Source of the DNA: a bacterium
GTDB lineage: Bacteria > Patescibacteriota > UBA1384 > DTJR01
NCBI GenBank assembly: GCA_043823315.1
Contig: JBDRAU010000027.1
Span: 1-36,209, forward strand
Direction of reading: 5' to 3'
Length of the DNA stretch: 36,209 nt
In this document: positions 14,450-23,130 of the stretch, one piece after another
Numbering within the stretch: the first letter of the stretch is position 1
How the letters are laid out: every line of letters begins with the position of its first letter
The notes under the pieces: generated by a model
What the model saw: the letters and a program-made list of their open reading frames with translations, nothing else
What the model was told of the DNA's origin: nothing
Databases searched by the model: none
Translations under genes and position numbers: made by a program

Positions 14450-17380
14450 ATGCAAAAAAATAAGTACGCTTTAGAAGAAGAGGAAATCTTAAAGTTCTGG
14501 GAGAAGAACAAGATTTTCGAGCGTTCAATTACTGAAAGACCAGAGAATAAACCATACGTTTTTTATGACGGGCCTCCTTTTGCAACCGGTCTTCCGCATT
14601 ATGGCCACATTCTATCCTCGACTGTAAAAGATGTATTTCCTCGTTACCAGACGATGAAGGGCAAGAGGGTTGATCGTCGCTGGGGCTGGGATTGTCATGG
14701 CCTGCCAATTGAAAATATTGCCGAAAAAGAACTGGGGATTAAAACCAAGAAACAAATTGAAGAATTCGGTGTCGAAAAGTTTAACGAATTTTGTCGCTCA
14801 AAGGTTTTGGAATATGCCGAAGAGTGGAAGAAAGTTATCCATCGGCTTGGCCGCTGGGCCGATATGGAAAATGCTTATAAGACGATGGACCCAAACTACA
14901 TGGAATCGGTCTGGTGGGTATTTAAAGAACTTTGGGACAAAGGCCTGATCTACGAGGGCTATCGCTCGATGCATATTTGCCCGCGCTGCGAGACGACTCT
15001 TTCACAATCCGAAGTTGCCGAGGGATATAAAGATATTAAAGATTTATCGGTTGTTGCGAAATTTCACTTAAAATCAGGACAGAAATTTGCCGATGGAAAA
15101 TACGAAATAAAAGACTCTGCTTATATTTTAGCTTGGACGACCACGCCGTGGACGTTAATTGGTAATGTTGCACTTGCGGTAGGGGAGAACATCAAATACA
15201 CTGCACTCCGAATCGATGGTAGCTTGTATATTATTGCCACTGATCGAATTGAAGATGTTTTTGCTGATCAAAAATATGAAATCGTCCACAATGATCTAGT
15301 AGGGAAAGATCTAGTCGGGCTGAAATATGAGCCACTTTTTGAAACTGATAATAAAATAGAGAATTCCAAGAATGGTTGGCAAGTCGTTCCTGCCGATTTC
15401 GTAACTACGGAAGATGGCACCGGCATTGTTCACGTTGCTCCAGCTTTTGGCGAAGATGATCTGAACTTGAGCAAGAAATTAAATTTGCCATTTATTCAGC
15501 ACATTGGCATGGATGGAATTATCAAGTCCGGATACGGTGAATTTTCAGGACTATCGGTCAAGCCAGCAGGGGATGTTCAGATAACCGATGTTGCTGTTAT
15601 GAAATATTTAGACGGCAAAAATTTACTATTCGATAAAACGCAGTATGAACATTCCTATCCGCATTGTTGGCGCTGCGAAACGCCCCTTATTAATTATGCT
15701 ACCTCGTCGTGGTTTGTTGCAGTTGAAAAAGTCAAAAATGAAGCAATTAAGTTATCCAAAGATATTGACTGGATGCCCAATCATATCAAGGATGGCCGAT
15801 TCGGTATGTGGCTTAAGGGCGCGCGCGACTGGTCAATTTCCCGTCAGCGATATTGGGCGTCAGTAATTCCGATTTGGGTGTGTGATCAAGATTCCAAGCA
15901 CCAAAAAGTTATTGGCTCTATAAAAGAGCTGGAAGATTTGTCTAGTCAAAAAGTTACCGACTTGCACAAACACATTATCGACAAAGTCGTATTTAAGTGT
16001 GATGAGTGTAGCGGAAAGATGAAACGCATTCCCGATGTTCTTGATACTTGGTTTGACTCTGGCTCGATGCCATATGCTCAAATGCATTATCCGTTTGAGC
16101 ATAAAGAAAAGTTTGAAGATAATTTCCCGGCTGAATTTATCGGGGAGGGAATTGACCAAACTCGCGCTTGGTTTTACTATTTACATATTTTATCAACAGC
16201 AATAATGCACAAGTCCGCTTACAGGAATGTTGCTGTGAATGGAATTGTCTTAGCAGAAGATGGCAAGAAGATGTCAAAGCGCTTAAACAATTATCCCGAT
16301 CCGATGAAGATTTTTGATCAGTACGGTGCCGATGCTTTGAGGTTTTATCTAATGGGCTCTACCGTTATGCAGGCCGAAAATTTATTTTTCAGCGAGCTTG
16401 AATTAAGGGAAGCGTATAACAAAGTTATAAACACCCTCAATAATATTTTGAGTTTCTACAAAATCTACAAAGGTGAAATTAAAGATGCCGAGATTGAGAA
16501 CGCTCATCTTCCGGCTATTGATAGATACATCCTTTCCCGTTTAGAATCAAGCATCGAGCAAGTTGAGGAATCGTTTACAAAATACGATAGCGTAAAGGCC
16601 TGTCGTCAGATAAGGTTATTTATAGAAGATTTCTCGGTTTGGTGGCTACGCCGCTCGCGTGAAAGATTCAGAAGCGAGCAGAAAAACGAACGTGAAATTG
16701 CAATGACGACTTTGAAATACGTTCTTTTAAAAACTTCTCAAATGATTGCACCTCTGTTGCCATTTACTGCCGAATCAATTTGGCAAGAAGTTAAGCTCGA
16801 TGACGATCCGGAAAGCGTTCATTTGAGTAATTGGCCAAAGGCAAACAAGCAAATGCTGGACGAGAATCTCGAACAAATTATGGGAAGGGCAAGAAGGGTC
16901 GTTGAAACGGGACACAGTTTAAGGCAGAAAAATTCCCTGAAAGTTCGTCAACCGCTTGCGCAAATATCCTTTGCTCCCGGCTTTGGTGACTTTGATGACG
17001 AGATAATTCCGATTATTCTCGAAGAACTAAATATCGAAAAAAGTGTTTCAAAAAACGAAATCAAAAGTCCAGATTCACTGGAGGATCACGAGCTCGAGGT
17101 TACGATCGATACAGAGATTGATGAACGTCTCCAAGGTTTAGGGGATCTGCGCGATATCATTAGGGCAATTCAAAACTTACGAAAGAATATGGATCTTTCA
17201 CCGAGCGAGAAAGTGAGCGTTATTTACTTTGCCGATGAAAAAGTGAAGAAGTTTATTGAATCAAATAATGCAGAAATCAAGTCCTCGACAAATCTTGACG
17301 AACTCTCTTGCAAAGAGACAGATCAGGAAAATAAAGTTGAAATTTCACTAGGAAGCGTTTACTTTAAAGTTCTAAAGTGA
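14450..17380 (+). CDS. ileS: Isoleucyl-tRNA synthetase
   Basis: 976 aa with a HIGH region (PPFATGLPHYGHIL), a KMSKS region (GKKMSKRL) and the editing-domain insertion typical of IleRS. Confidence 0.95.
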   Translation: MQKNKYALEEEEILKFWEKNKIFERSITERPENKPYVFYDGPPFATGLPHYGHILSSTVKDVFPRYQTMKGKRVDRRWGWDCHGLPIENIAEKELGIKTKKQIEEFGVEKFNEFCRSKVLEYAEEWKKVIHRLGRWADMENAYKTMDPNYMESVWWVFKELWDKGLIYEGYRSMHICPRCETTLSQSEVAEGYKDIKDLSVVAKFHLKSGQKFADGKYEIKDSAYILAWTTTPWTLIGNVALAVGENIKYTALRIDGSLYIIATDRIEDVFADQKYEIVHNDLVGKDLVGLKYEPLFETDNKIENSKNGWQVVPADFVTTEDGTGIVHVAPAFGEDDLNLSKKLNLPFIQHIGMDGIIKSGYGEFSGLSVKPAGDVQITDVAVMKYLDGKNLLFDKTQYEHSYPHCWRCETPLINYATSSWFVAVEKVKNEAIKLSKDIDWMPNHIKDGRFGMWLKGARDWSISRQRYWASVIPIWVCDQDSKHQKVIGSIKELEDLSSQKVTDLHKHIIDKVVFKCDECSGKMKRIPDVLDTWFDSGSMPYAQMHYPFEHKEKFEDNFPAEFIGEGIDQTRAWFYYLHILSTAIMHKSAYRNVAVNGIVLAEDGKKMSKRLNNYPDPMKIFDQYGADALRFYLMGSTVMQAENLFFSELELREAYNKVINTLNNILSFYKIYKGEIKDAEIENAHLPAIDRYILSRLESSIEQVEESFTKYDSVKACRQIRLFIEDFSVWWLRRSRERFRSEQKNEREIAMTTLKYVLLKTSQMIAPLLPFTAESIWQEVKLDDDPESVHLSNWPKANKQMLDENLEQIMGRARRVVETGHSLRQKNSLKVRQPLAQISFAPGFGDFDDEIIPIILEELNIEKSVSKNEIKSPDSLEDHELEVTIDTEIDERLQGLGDLRDIIRAIQNLRKNMDLSPSEKVSVIYFADEKVKKFIESNNAEIKSSTNLDELSCKETDQENKVEISLGSVYFKVLK

Positions 17381-18465
17381 AAACAAAATTTAAATTTTCA
17401 TATGAGTGGACTTTAATTTTAGTCCCGATATTGCTAGCAACGGGAAGCTTGGCAACTCTATATTCGATTACTAGCATAAGCGGAAAATCTTCTCTCGTTC
17501 TGGATCAGGCGATTTATTTTGGCGCATCCGTAATAATTTACCTTCTGATCTCGGCCATGGATTACAAGATTCTAAAATCACTTTCCTGGTATGGATATAT
17601 TCTAGGGATCATCCTCTTGGTCTTAGTTGAAGCTTTAGGCCAAAGCGTATTCGGCTCTACGAGATGGATCAATCTTGGTTTTTTTCAATTTCAACCGAGC
17701 GAATTGATGAAGGTTTTATACATTATATTTGCAGCTTCTTACTTTTCCTCTGGTGAAAAATTGACTTGGAGACAGTATTCCACCTTTTTTGTTTTATCAA
17801 TTTTACCTCTGCTTCTAATTCTCAAAGAACCCGATCTTGGAACCACTCTGGTAATTTTTGCGACGCTTGTAGTGTTGTTGCTATTTTTAAAACTACCTAA
17901 AAAATTTTATATAGTCTCTTTGATCGGGGCGTTGCTTCTTGCTCCGATCGGTTGGTATAATTTGAGACCTTATCAGAAAAGTCGAATCACTTCCTTCATC
18001 AACCCCGAAGCGGATCCGCGGGGAGCCGGATACAATGTTAGCCAATCCAAGATCACGGTTGGTTCGGGAGGGTTGTTCGGCAAGGGCTTTAGCGGTGCTA
18101 CGCAAAGCCAGCTGCAGTTTTTACCCGTAGCCCATGTTGATTTTATTTTTTCGGGCTGGGCTGAAGCAACCGGATTCTTAGGGTCGAGCTTGCTGGTTTT
18201 TGTATTCTGCCTTTTGATTTATAAAATTTTCACTATTGCCAGACAATCCAAGGATCGCTTTGGTTATTTATTTGCTTCAATGGCCGGCGGGCTATTAACA
18301 TTTCAAGTTTTAGTTAACATCGGAATGAACATTGGACTTATGCCTGTAACCGGGATTCCGCTCCCGCTTTTTTCATACGGCGGTACGTCAGTTATAGTCA
18401 TGACAGCTATGATCGCAATTGTTCAGAGTATATATTTAAGGCGAAAAGCCCTGAGATTTGATTAA
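17377..18465 (+). CDS. FtsW/RodA/SpoVE family peptidoglycan glycosyltransferase (SEDS)
   Basis: About 10 TM helices, with motifs FQPSELMKV, EPDLGT, and LPVAHVDFIFS..GLMPVTGIPLPLFSYGGTS. A GTG start overlaps the ileS stop. Confidence 0.85.
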   Translation: MKTKFKFSYEWTLILVPILLATGSLATLYSITSISGKSSLVLDQAIYFGASVIIYLLISAMDYKILKSLSWYGYILGIILLVLVEALGQSVFGSTRWINLGFFQFQPSELMKVLYIIFAASYFSSGEKLTWRQYSTFFVLSILPLLLILKEPDLGTTLVIFATLVVLLLFLKLPKKFYIVSLIGALLLAPIGWYNLRPYQKSRITSFINPEADPRGAGYNVSQSKITVGSGGLFGKGFSGATQSQLQFLPVAHVDFIFSGWAEATGFLGSSLLVFVFCLLIYKIFTIARQSKDRFGYLFASMAGGLLTFQVLVNIGMNIGLMPVTGIPLPLFSYGGTSVIVMTAMIAIVQSIYLRRKALRFD

Positions 18466-18514
18466 AGGTAGCCGCGAATGATTGGATTTTAAGGTTTGTG
18501 ATACTTTTGACAAG

Positions 18515-18543
18515 TTGACACCAAGAGATAAAAAGGGTAGTAT
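18515..18543 (+). promoter_or_regulatory. Possible secE-nusG promoter (TTGACA-17-TAGTAT)
   Basis: A consensus -35 hexamer with 17-nt spacing, about 30 nt upstream of secE. Confidence 0.4.
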
Positions 18544-18573
18544 ATAAACGGTTAAAACCTATATATATTTGTT

Positions 18574-18768
18574 ATGTTCAAAAAGATAGAAGATTGGTTT
18601 AAATCGATTCTGACAGAGAGCAAGGCCATTACTTGGCCGAGCCGTCACAGAGTTACCACGGATACTGCTATTGTGGTTGTTTCGTTAGTTGTAGGCGGCG
18701 CAATTCTGGCACTAATCGATTTTGGATTTTTAGAAGCTTTTAAGGCGGCAATTAGCCAAATAGGATAA
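18574..18768 (+). CDS. secE: Preprotein translocase subunit SecE
   Basis: 64 aa with ESKAITWPSRHRV plus a single TM helix, immediately upstream of nusG. Confidence 0.8.
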   Translation: MFKKIEDWFKSILTESKAITWPSRHRVTTDTAIVVVSLVVGGAILALIDFGFLEAFKAAISQIG

Positions 18769-18770
18769 AA

Positions 18771-19334
18771 ATGATCGAACAAAACAAGGGGAAATCAATC
18801 AAACAAGAAGGCAAGCGTGGTTGGTATGTAATTCATACTTATGCCGGTTACGAAGACCAAGTAGCCGAAAGTTTGAATCAAAGGGTTGAGTCAACCGGTA
18901 TGCATGATTTTATTTTTGATGTAATTGTACCTACCGAAAAGCAGATTGAGATAAAAAACGGCAAACGCCAAACTGTCGAAAAGAAAATTTTTCCCGGCTA
19001 TGTGCTGGTCGAAATGAATGTAACCGATGAGAGTTGGTATGTTGTAAGAAACACTCCCAACGTTACCGGATTTGTCGGTTTTGGTATCAGACCTACCCCA
19101 ATGTCTGAGGAAGAAATTGCCAGGATCAAAAAGAGAATGGCGATTGCTGAGCCGAAGCACAAAATTGAGTTTGAAATAGATGATTTAGTCAGAATAGTCG
19201 ACGGACCGCTTAAGGGTTTTGAGGGCAAGGTTGCCGAAATAGATGAAGAAAAAGGAAAGATAAAAGTTTCGGTAAATATGTTTGGACGAGAGACCCCGGC
19301 CAATATCGACTTTTTGCAGGCGAAAAAAGTGTAA
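18771..19334 (+). CDS. nusG: Transcription termination/antitermination factor NusG
   Basis: NGN domain (WYVIHTYAGYEDQV...FPGYVLVEM) plus KOW motif (VRIVDGPLKGFEGKVAEID). Confidence 0.95.
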   Translation: MIEQNKGKSIKQEGKRGWYVIHTYAGYEDQVAESLNQRVESTGMHDFIFDVIVPTEKQIEIKNGKRQTVEKKIFPGYVLVEMNVTDESWYVVRNTPNVTGFVGFGIRPTPMSEEEIARIKKRMAIAEPKHKIEFEIDDLVRIVDGPLKGFEGKVAEIDEEKGKIKVSVNMFGRETPANIDFLQAKKV

Positions 19335-19417
19335 GTGAATGTAAAAACTAAAAACTAAAATGGAAAATGTTAAAGGAATTTAGTAATCATTTAACCTTTA
19401 AACCTTAACATTGAAAT

Positions 19418-19843
19418 ATGGCAAAGAAAATTAAGATAAAAATCAAAATACAGGCTCCGGCAGGTAAGGCAAATCCAGCGCCGCCAATTGGTCCGGCTCT
19501 CGGACAGCATGGCGTTAATATTATGGATTTTGTCAATAAGTTTAACGAGCAAACCAGAGATATGGGCGATACTGTCGTGCCTGCAGAAATCACTATTTAC
19601 GAGGATAGAACCTTTGACTTTATTTTAAAAACTCCTCCCGCGGCCGTACTTTTGAGAAAGGCTGCCAAGATAAAAAAAGGATCTGGAACTCCGAATAAGG
19701 ACAAAGTAGGAAAAGTTTCCAAGGCTCAGGTGAAGGAAATTGCAGAGATTAAGATGGATGACCTGAATGCGACTGATGTTGATGAAGCAATGAAGATTAT
19801 CGAAGGAACTGCCCGATCAATGGGAATTGAAGTTACAAAGTAA
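19418..19843 (+). CDS. rplK: Ribosomal protein L11
   Basis: [32 protein letters not shown]...[17 protein letters not shown] is the canonical L11 sequence. Confidence 0.95.
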   Translation: MAKKIKIKIKIQAPAGKANPAPPIGPALGQHGVNIMDFVNKFNEQTRDMGDTVVPAEITIYEDRTFDFILKTPPAAVLLRKAAKIKKGSGTPNKDKVGKVSKAQVKEIAEIKMDDLNATDVDEAMKIIEGTARSMGIEVTK

Positions 19844-19865
19844 AATTTCTCTAAAATCAAAAAAA

Positions 19866-20102
19866 TGAAAAAGCCCCAGGCTTACGCCCAGGGCTTTTTC
19901 GTTTCCCTCCTTACCAGTGACTTGGCCCCCAGCTCTCCGAGGAGGGCTGAGTTTTGCACTCACCAAATTTTTAAGATGTAAGTGTGCACAAGTGTAGTAA
20001 GAAGTGTCCTCACTCCGAGACGTTGGGTGCAAGGAGGGGAAATCACCCAATCGGAGCTCGTCGTGAGGACACTTCCTCCTACAACTCCTTATTCTCAAAT
20101 AA
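19866..20102 (-). ncRNA. Candidate ~240-nt structured sRNA (unknown family) occupying the position where rplA is expected
   Basis: A consensus promoter lies upstream (20109-20137) and the bidirectional terminator downstream. A perfect 13-bp helix GAAGUGUCCUCAC/GUGAGGACACUUC (20001-20075) is extended by CUCCGA/UCGGAG and UUGGGUG/CACCCAA. No convincing ORF. Confidence 0.4.
19868..19899. terminator. Bidirectional intrinsic terminator (A5-hairpin-T5)
   Basis: AAAAAGCCCCAGGC-TTAC-GCCCAGGGCTTTTT. A 10-bp stem with two internal mismatches, with A and T runs on either side. Confidence 0.6.
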
Positions 20103-20108
20103 GAGTTC

Positions 20109-20137
20109 AGTATAGCACGAAATGGTTGTTTTGTCAA
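20109..20137 (-). promoter_or_regulatory. Consensus sigma-70-type promoter on the minus strand (TTGACA-17-TATACT)
   Basis: Plus-strand tgtcaa at 20132-20137 and agtata at 20109-20114, with an exact 17-nt spacer. Confidence 0.5.
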
Positions 20138-20291
20138 GGGATGTACTCATCCCGCAGACCCTTGCAGAAGCACCGTTCTGGTGGGGTCAAGACCCAGACT
20201 CTTCATTATTCCTTGCTATGTTGTTATACTAAAAACAGGATAAAGGCGGAGTACGAGACAAAAAAGTAATTTTTAGTTTATAATTTATATA

Positions 20292-21545
20292 GTGAAAACA
20301 AATATCAATAATTCAAAATACGCGATCGCATTCTTTCTATTTGCGGTGATTATTATTGTCTTATTTGCTCTTTACTCGCTTGATAAAATCGGAGCCGACG
20401 TAACAGGCGATGTAAAAAAAAGTATTGGATTCGATCAGGCTCGTTTTCAAATTAATCCCCAAGATTCTTGGGATGCTCCGACCAAAGTAACATTTCGATT
20501 TGCTGCAGCGAGGTATATGTTTATTGGCGAAGCAGTTGGGGGTTCAAGCGGACAGATGCAACATCCCAAGGTCACTGGCCGATTTTTCTGCAACAAGCCG
20601 TTTTTGCCAGGTTACGATTATCCAACAGGACTCTATGTTACTCCCGATGCAATTTTTCAAGATGGCGCTCCTTTTCCGCCGACCGACGTAATGGACGGGC
20701 ATAATGGGATGAGCTATACCTATTTATTGGGCGATAACTACGAAACTACATATAACAATTTCTGGTCAATGACGATCGGATCAACTTATACGACAACATG
20801 TGACTATTCTCAGCCTGGCGTCTATTGGCCGCTTTTTTATGCCGATGGCATAAGTGCGTGGTACACGCAAAAGATTGTCGTAACTTCAAATGGTGTTAAC
20901 CCGAGTGTAACAGCAACCCCTGCACCAAGTCCGAGCGCTGTCGCATCTGATGAAGTTTTGTATAAGGCTGGTTTTAGCGTTGTTGGATTTTCAAGCGCTG
21001 TGCAAACCGATGTATTTGGCAAAAACGGTTTCACCGTTTTTGCCTTCAATACAAAGGCAAAAACGTGGGACGTAATCAGTCCGTCTCGCGAATATTATTT
21101 TCAGGCAAATCAGGCTTACTACGTTTATACCGATCAAGATAAAAGTATTAAGCGTCCAGCAGTAAGCAATTCAATCACTGCGCCTGCCTTGTCTACTGGA
21201 TGGAATTTTATTTGGAGCGATTCGTATAATTATTTGTCCAGTATGTACACGAATGTATTAGATTCCCAGGGGCAGTGTTTGGCAGGGAATGTTTCACTAA
21301 GCGTCCTAAAACGCGATGAGATAATTTATAAGTGGATCTACAATGTCGTTGACGGTTCAGCCCTTGATTCCTGTAGTGCTTTTTCTCTGATCACCGGACG
21401 CGACCAGCCGTCGAGCAGTTGTTCTGACTCGCATCCGCTTTTAAACGAAGTTAGCTATGCCAAGCAAAAGTCGGGAGTCTGGGTTTATTTATGGAAAGAT
21501 AAAGCCGAGTCGTGGGCGGCGAAAAACGCCTATTCTTGCAACTAA
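20292..21545 (+). CDS. Secreted/surface-anchored hypothetical protein (N-terminal TM, Thr/Ser/Pro linker)
   Basis: 417 aa, GTG start, signal-anchor AIAFFLFAVIIIVLFALY, linker VTATPAPSPSAVAS. No homolog recognised. Confidence 0.5.
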   Translation: MKTNINNSKYAIAFFLFAVIIIVLFALYSLDKIGADVTGDVKKSIGFDQARFQINPQDSWDAPTKVTFRFAAARYMFIGEAVGGSSGQMQHPKVTGRFFCNKPFLPGYDYPTGLYVTPDAIFQDGAPFPPTDVMDGHNGMSYTYLLGDNYETTYNNFWSMTIGSTYTTTCDYSQPGVYWPLFYADGISAWYTQKIVVTSNGVNPSVTATPAPSPSAVASDEVLYKAGFSVVGFSSAVQTDVFGKNGFTVFAFNTKAKTWDVISPSREYYFQANQAYYVYTDQDKSIKRPAVSNSITAPALSTGWNFIWSDSYNYLSSMYTNVLDSQGQCLAGNVSLSVLKRDEIIYKWIYNVVDGSALDSCSAFSLITGRDQPSSSCSDSHPLLNEVSYAKQKSGVWVYLWKDKAESWAAKNAYSCN

Positions 21546-21642
21546 AATTGCCTGTTTTCGTCGTTTGTTCGGCATTGACACAAATTTAAAAAATTGGTTC
21601 AGTTCTAGTACGAGCGAGGGGAGATCACCCGGCTCTCAAAAA

Positions 21643-21665
21643 ACACTCCAAGCGGGGTGTTTTTT
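21643..21665 (+). terminator. Intrinsic terminator
   Basis: ACACTCC-AAGC-GGGGTGT followed by T6. Confidence 0.6.
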
Positions 21666-21693
21666 GTTCAAGCAGAGTCGAGAAACCACTATA

Positions 21694-22041
21694 TTGTTCG
21701 AGCCCGTCGAGAACTGCTCTCGGAGATCAAACTTTAGTTTGCTAAAAACACGATAAATCCCTGCCTGCCGGCAGGCAGGGTGGTCTCCCGTATTTGGAGT
21801 CCAGGTTTTAACCTGCTTATCACGCCGAAGCGTGGCTTCCAATATGCGGGAGCCCAAGCTTTAACTTGTATACTATCGGGATTGTTGTTTACCGCTGTCG
21901 AAGGATCTCTATGCTTTTACCCTGAGTTCCGTATGTCATTCCTGCGAAGCAGGAATCTGCGGGGGAAGCTTTGCCGGAGGATTTCTTGATATGTTATCTA
22001 TATTAATATTCTCGTGTCATCTCGAGCTTGTCGAGAGATCT
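21694..22041. repeat. Cluster of GC-rich hairpin repeats (families A, B and C, plus a 22-nt perfect palindrome at 21759-21780)
   Basis: B: TTGTTCGAGCCCGTCGAGAAC (21694-21714). C: GGAGATCAAACTTTAGTTTGC. Palindrome: CCCTGCCTGCCGGCAGGCAGGG. C+D composite at 21796-21840. A: TGTCATTCCTGCGAAGCAGGAATCT (21934-21958) and GTCATCTCGAGCTTGTCGAGAGATCT (22016-22041). Confidence 0.7.
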
Positions 22042-22081
22042 TTCTTTTGCGTTTATAAGCATTTCTCTTTAGAATTGAAAT

Positions 22082-22924
22082 ATGGAAATTTTAACTCTTA
22101 AAACGCCCGAGATTTTAAAACAAACTTCCGCGCCGGCCGAAAGACTTTACGCTATCGGAAATATTAAGCTTTTAAAAGAAAAAAATCTAATAGCGATTGT
22201 CGGCTCTCGTCGAGCGAGCGAATACGGACTTCGTAACGCCCACAGAATCTCAAAATCATTGGCCGAAGCGGGCTGTGTGATTGTTTCGGGCCTTGCCCTT
22301 GGCGTTGACGCGGCATCTCATCGGGGCGCTTTGGCAGCGGGAGAGGGCAGGACAATTGCGGTGCTTGGCAGCGCCATTAATAACTTCCAGCCCCGTACCA
22401 ACGAGGCATTGGCCAGAAAAATCCTCGAAAATGACGGATTGATTATAAGCGAATATGAAGAAGGTTCACCGACGTATGCGCCTAACTTCGTTTTTCGAAA
22501 CCGCATCATCGCCGGACTCTCAAAGGCAACCATCGTCATCGAAGCGGCCGAAAAATCTGGCGCTCTGATTACCGCTAATTTAGCAGTAGAGTATAATAGG
22601 TTGGTCTACGCTCTTCCGGGCGACGTTGATCGGCTAAACTCAAAAGGCACGAACCGTCTGATAAGTTCTGGAGCTGTTTGCTTGTCGGATCCTTCAATAA
22701 TTCTTGAGGATTTAGGGCTAGAGAAGGAAAAGCAAATCCGTCTTCCACTAAATGATCAAGAAAAAGAAATTGTTGTTGAGATCAGCAATCAGGAAATGAA
22801 TTTTGATAAAATCGTAAATCAAGTTAAAATTAGTCCATCTAAGCTTCTGGCGATTTTGCTTTCCCTCGAGCTAAAAGGAGTTATTAGAAAAGACGAAGAG
22901 GGCAGGTATTATCTTAATAAGTGA
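22082..22924 (+). CDS. dprA: DNA-processing protein DprA (Smf)
   Basis: IAIVGSRRASEYG...VIVSGLALGVDAASHRGAL...RNRIIAGLS...ESGALITA is the canonical DprA Rossmann-like domain. Confidence 0.9.
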   Translation: MEILTLKTPEILKQTSAPAERLYAIGNIKLLKEKNLIAIVGSRRASEYGLRNAHRISKSLAEAGCVIVSGLALGVDAASHRGALAAGEGRTIAVLGSAINNFQPRTNEALARKILENDGLIISEYEEGSPTYAPNFVFRNRIIAGLSKATIVIEAAEKSGALITANLAVEYNRLVYALPGDVDRLNSKGTNRLISSGAVCLSDPSIILEDLGLEKEKQIRLPLNDQEKEIVVEISNQEMNFDKIVNQVKISPSKLLAILLSLELKGVIRKDEEGRYYLNK

Positions 22925-23130
22925 AAAATGAAAAATTATTTAAATAGCTTATTATTTGAGAGAATTTTTTTTCTTCGACCTTGTGGAGAAGTTCCATGGG
23001 TTCTCGACAACCTGCCTGCCGGCAGGGCTCGAACAATAGTGTTTAAATAAAAAATTCACTGTAAAATTAAATTGAAATTGAGTAGTGATAAAGTTGACAG
23101 CGATAATTAATAAAGTAAACTTTCAAATCT

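Noticed and set aside
14143-14511. Minus-strand ORFs 14143..14511 and 14160..14432.
   Set aside because: They are antisense to tRNA-Trp, to element copy 3 and to the ileS start. There is no coding signal.
17377-17380. Alternative genetic code (UGA recoding, as in some CPR lineages).
   Set aside because: TGA terminates ileS, in the GTGA overlap with the ftsW/rodA start. It also terminates the GIY-YIG gene and other well-supported genes at the expected lengths. No conserved protein needs read-through of TGA, so code 11 fits.
19817-20269. ORFs 19817..20137 (-) and 19982..20269 (+) in the rplK-downstream gap.
   Set aside because: The minus-strand ORF overlaps the rplK 3' end and crosses the bidirectional terminator. 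Both ORFs lie on a region dominated by long perfect helices. They are better explained as a structured RNA, though translation cannot be strictly excluded.
21457-21989. ORFs 21457..21756, 21636..21857 and 21780..21989; similarly 27833..28087, 28091..28345 and 29017..29244.
   Set aside because: They are composed of the hairpin repeat units (families A, B and C). Frames are open only because the repeats are GC-rich. There is no RBS.
23094-23121. Possible topA promoter TTGACA-16-TAAACT, only about 9 nt before the ATG.
   Set aside because: It is plausible, but the -10 is weak and the geometry would imply a near-leaderless mRNA. The support is insufficient to list it as a feature.
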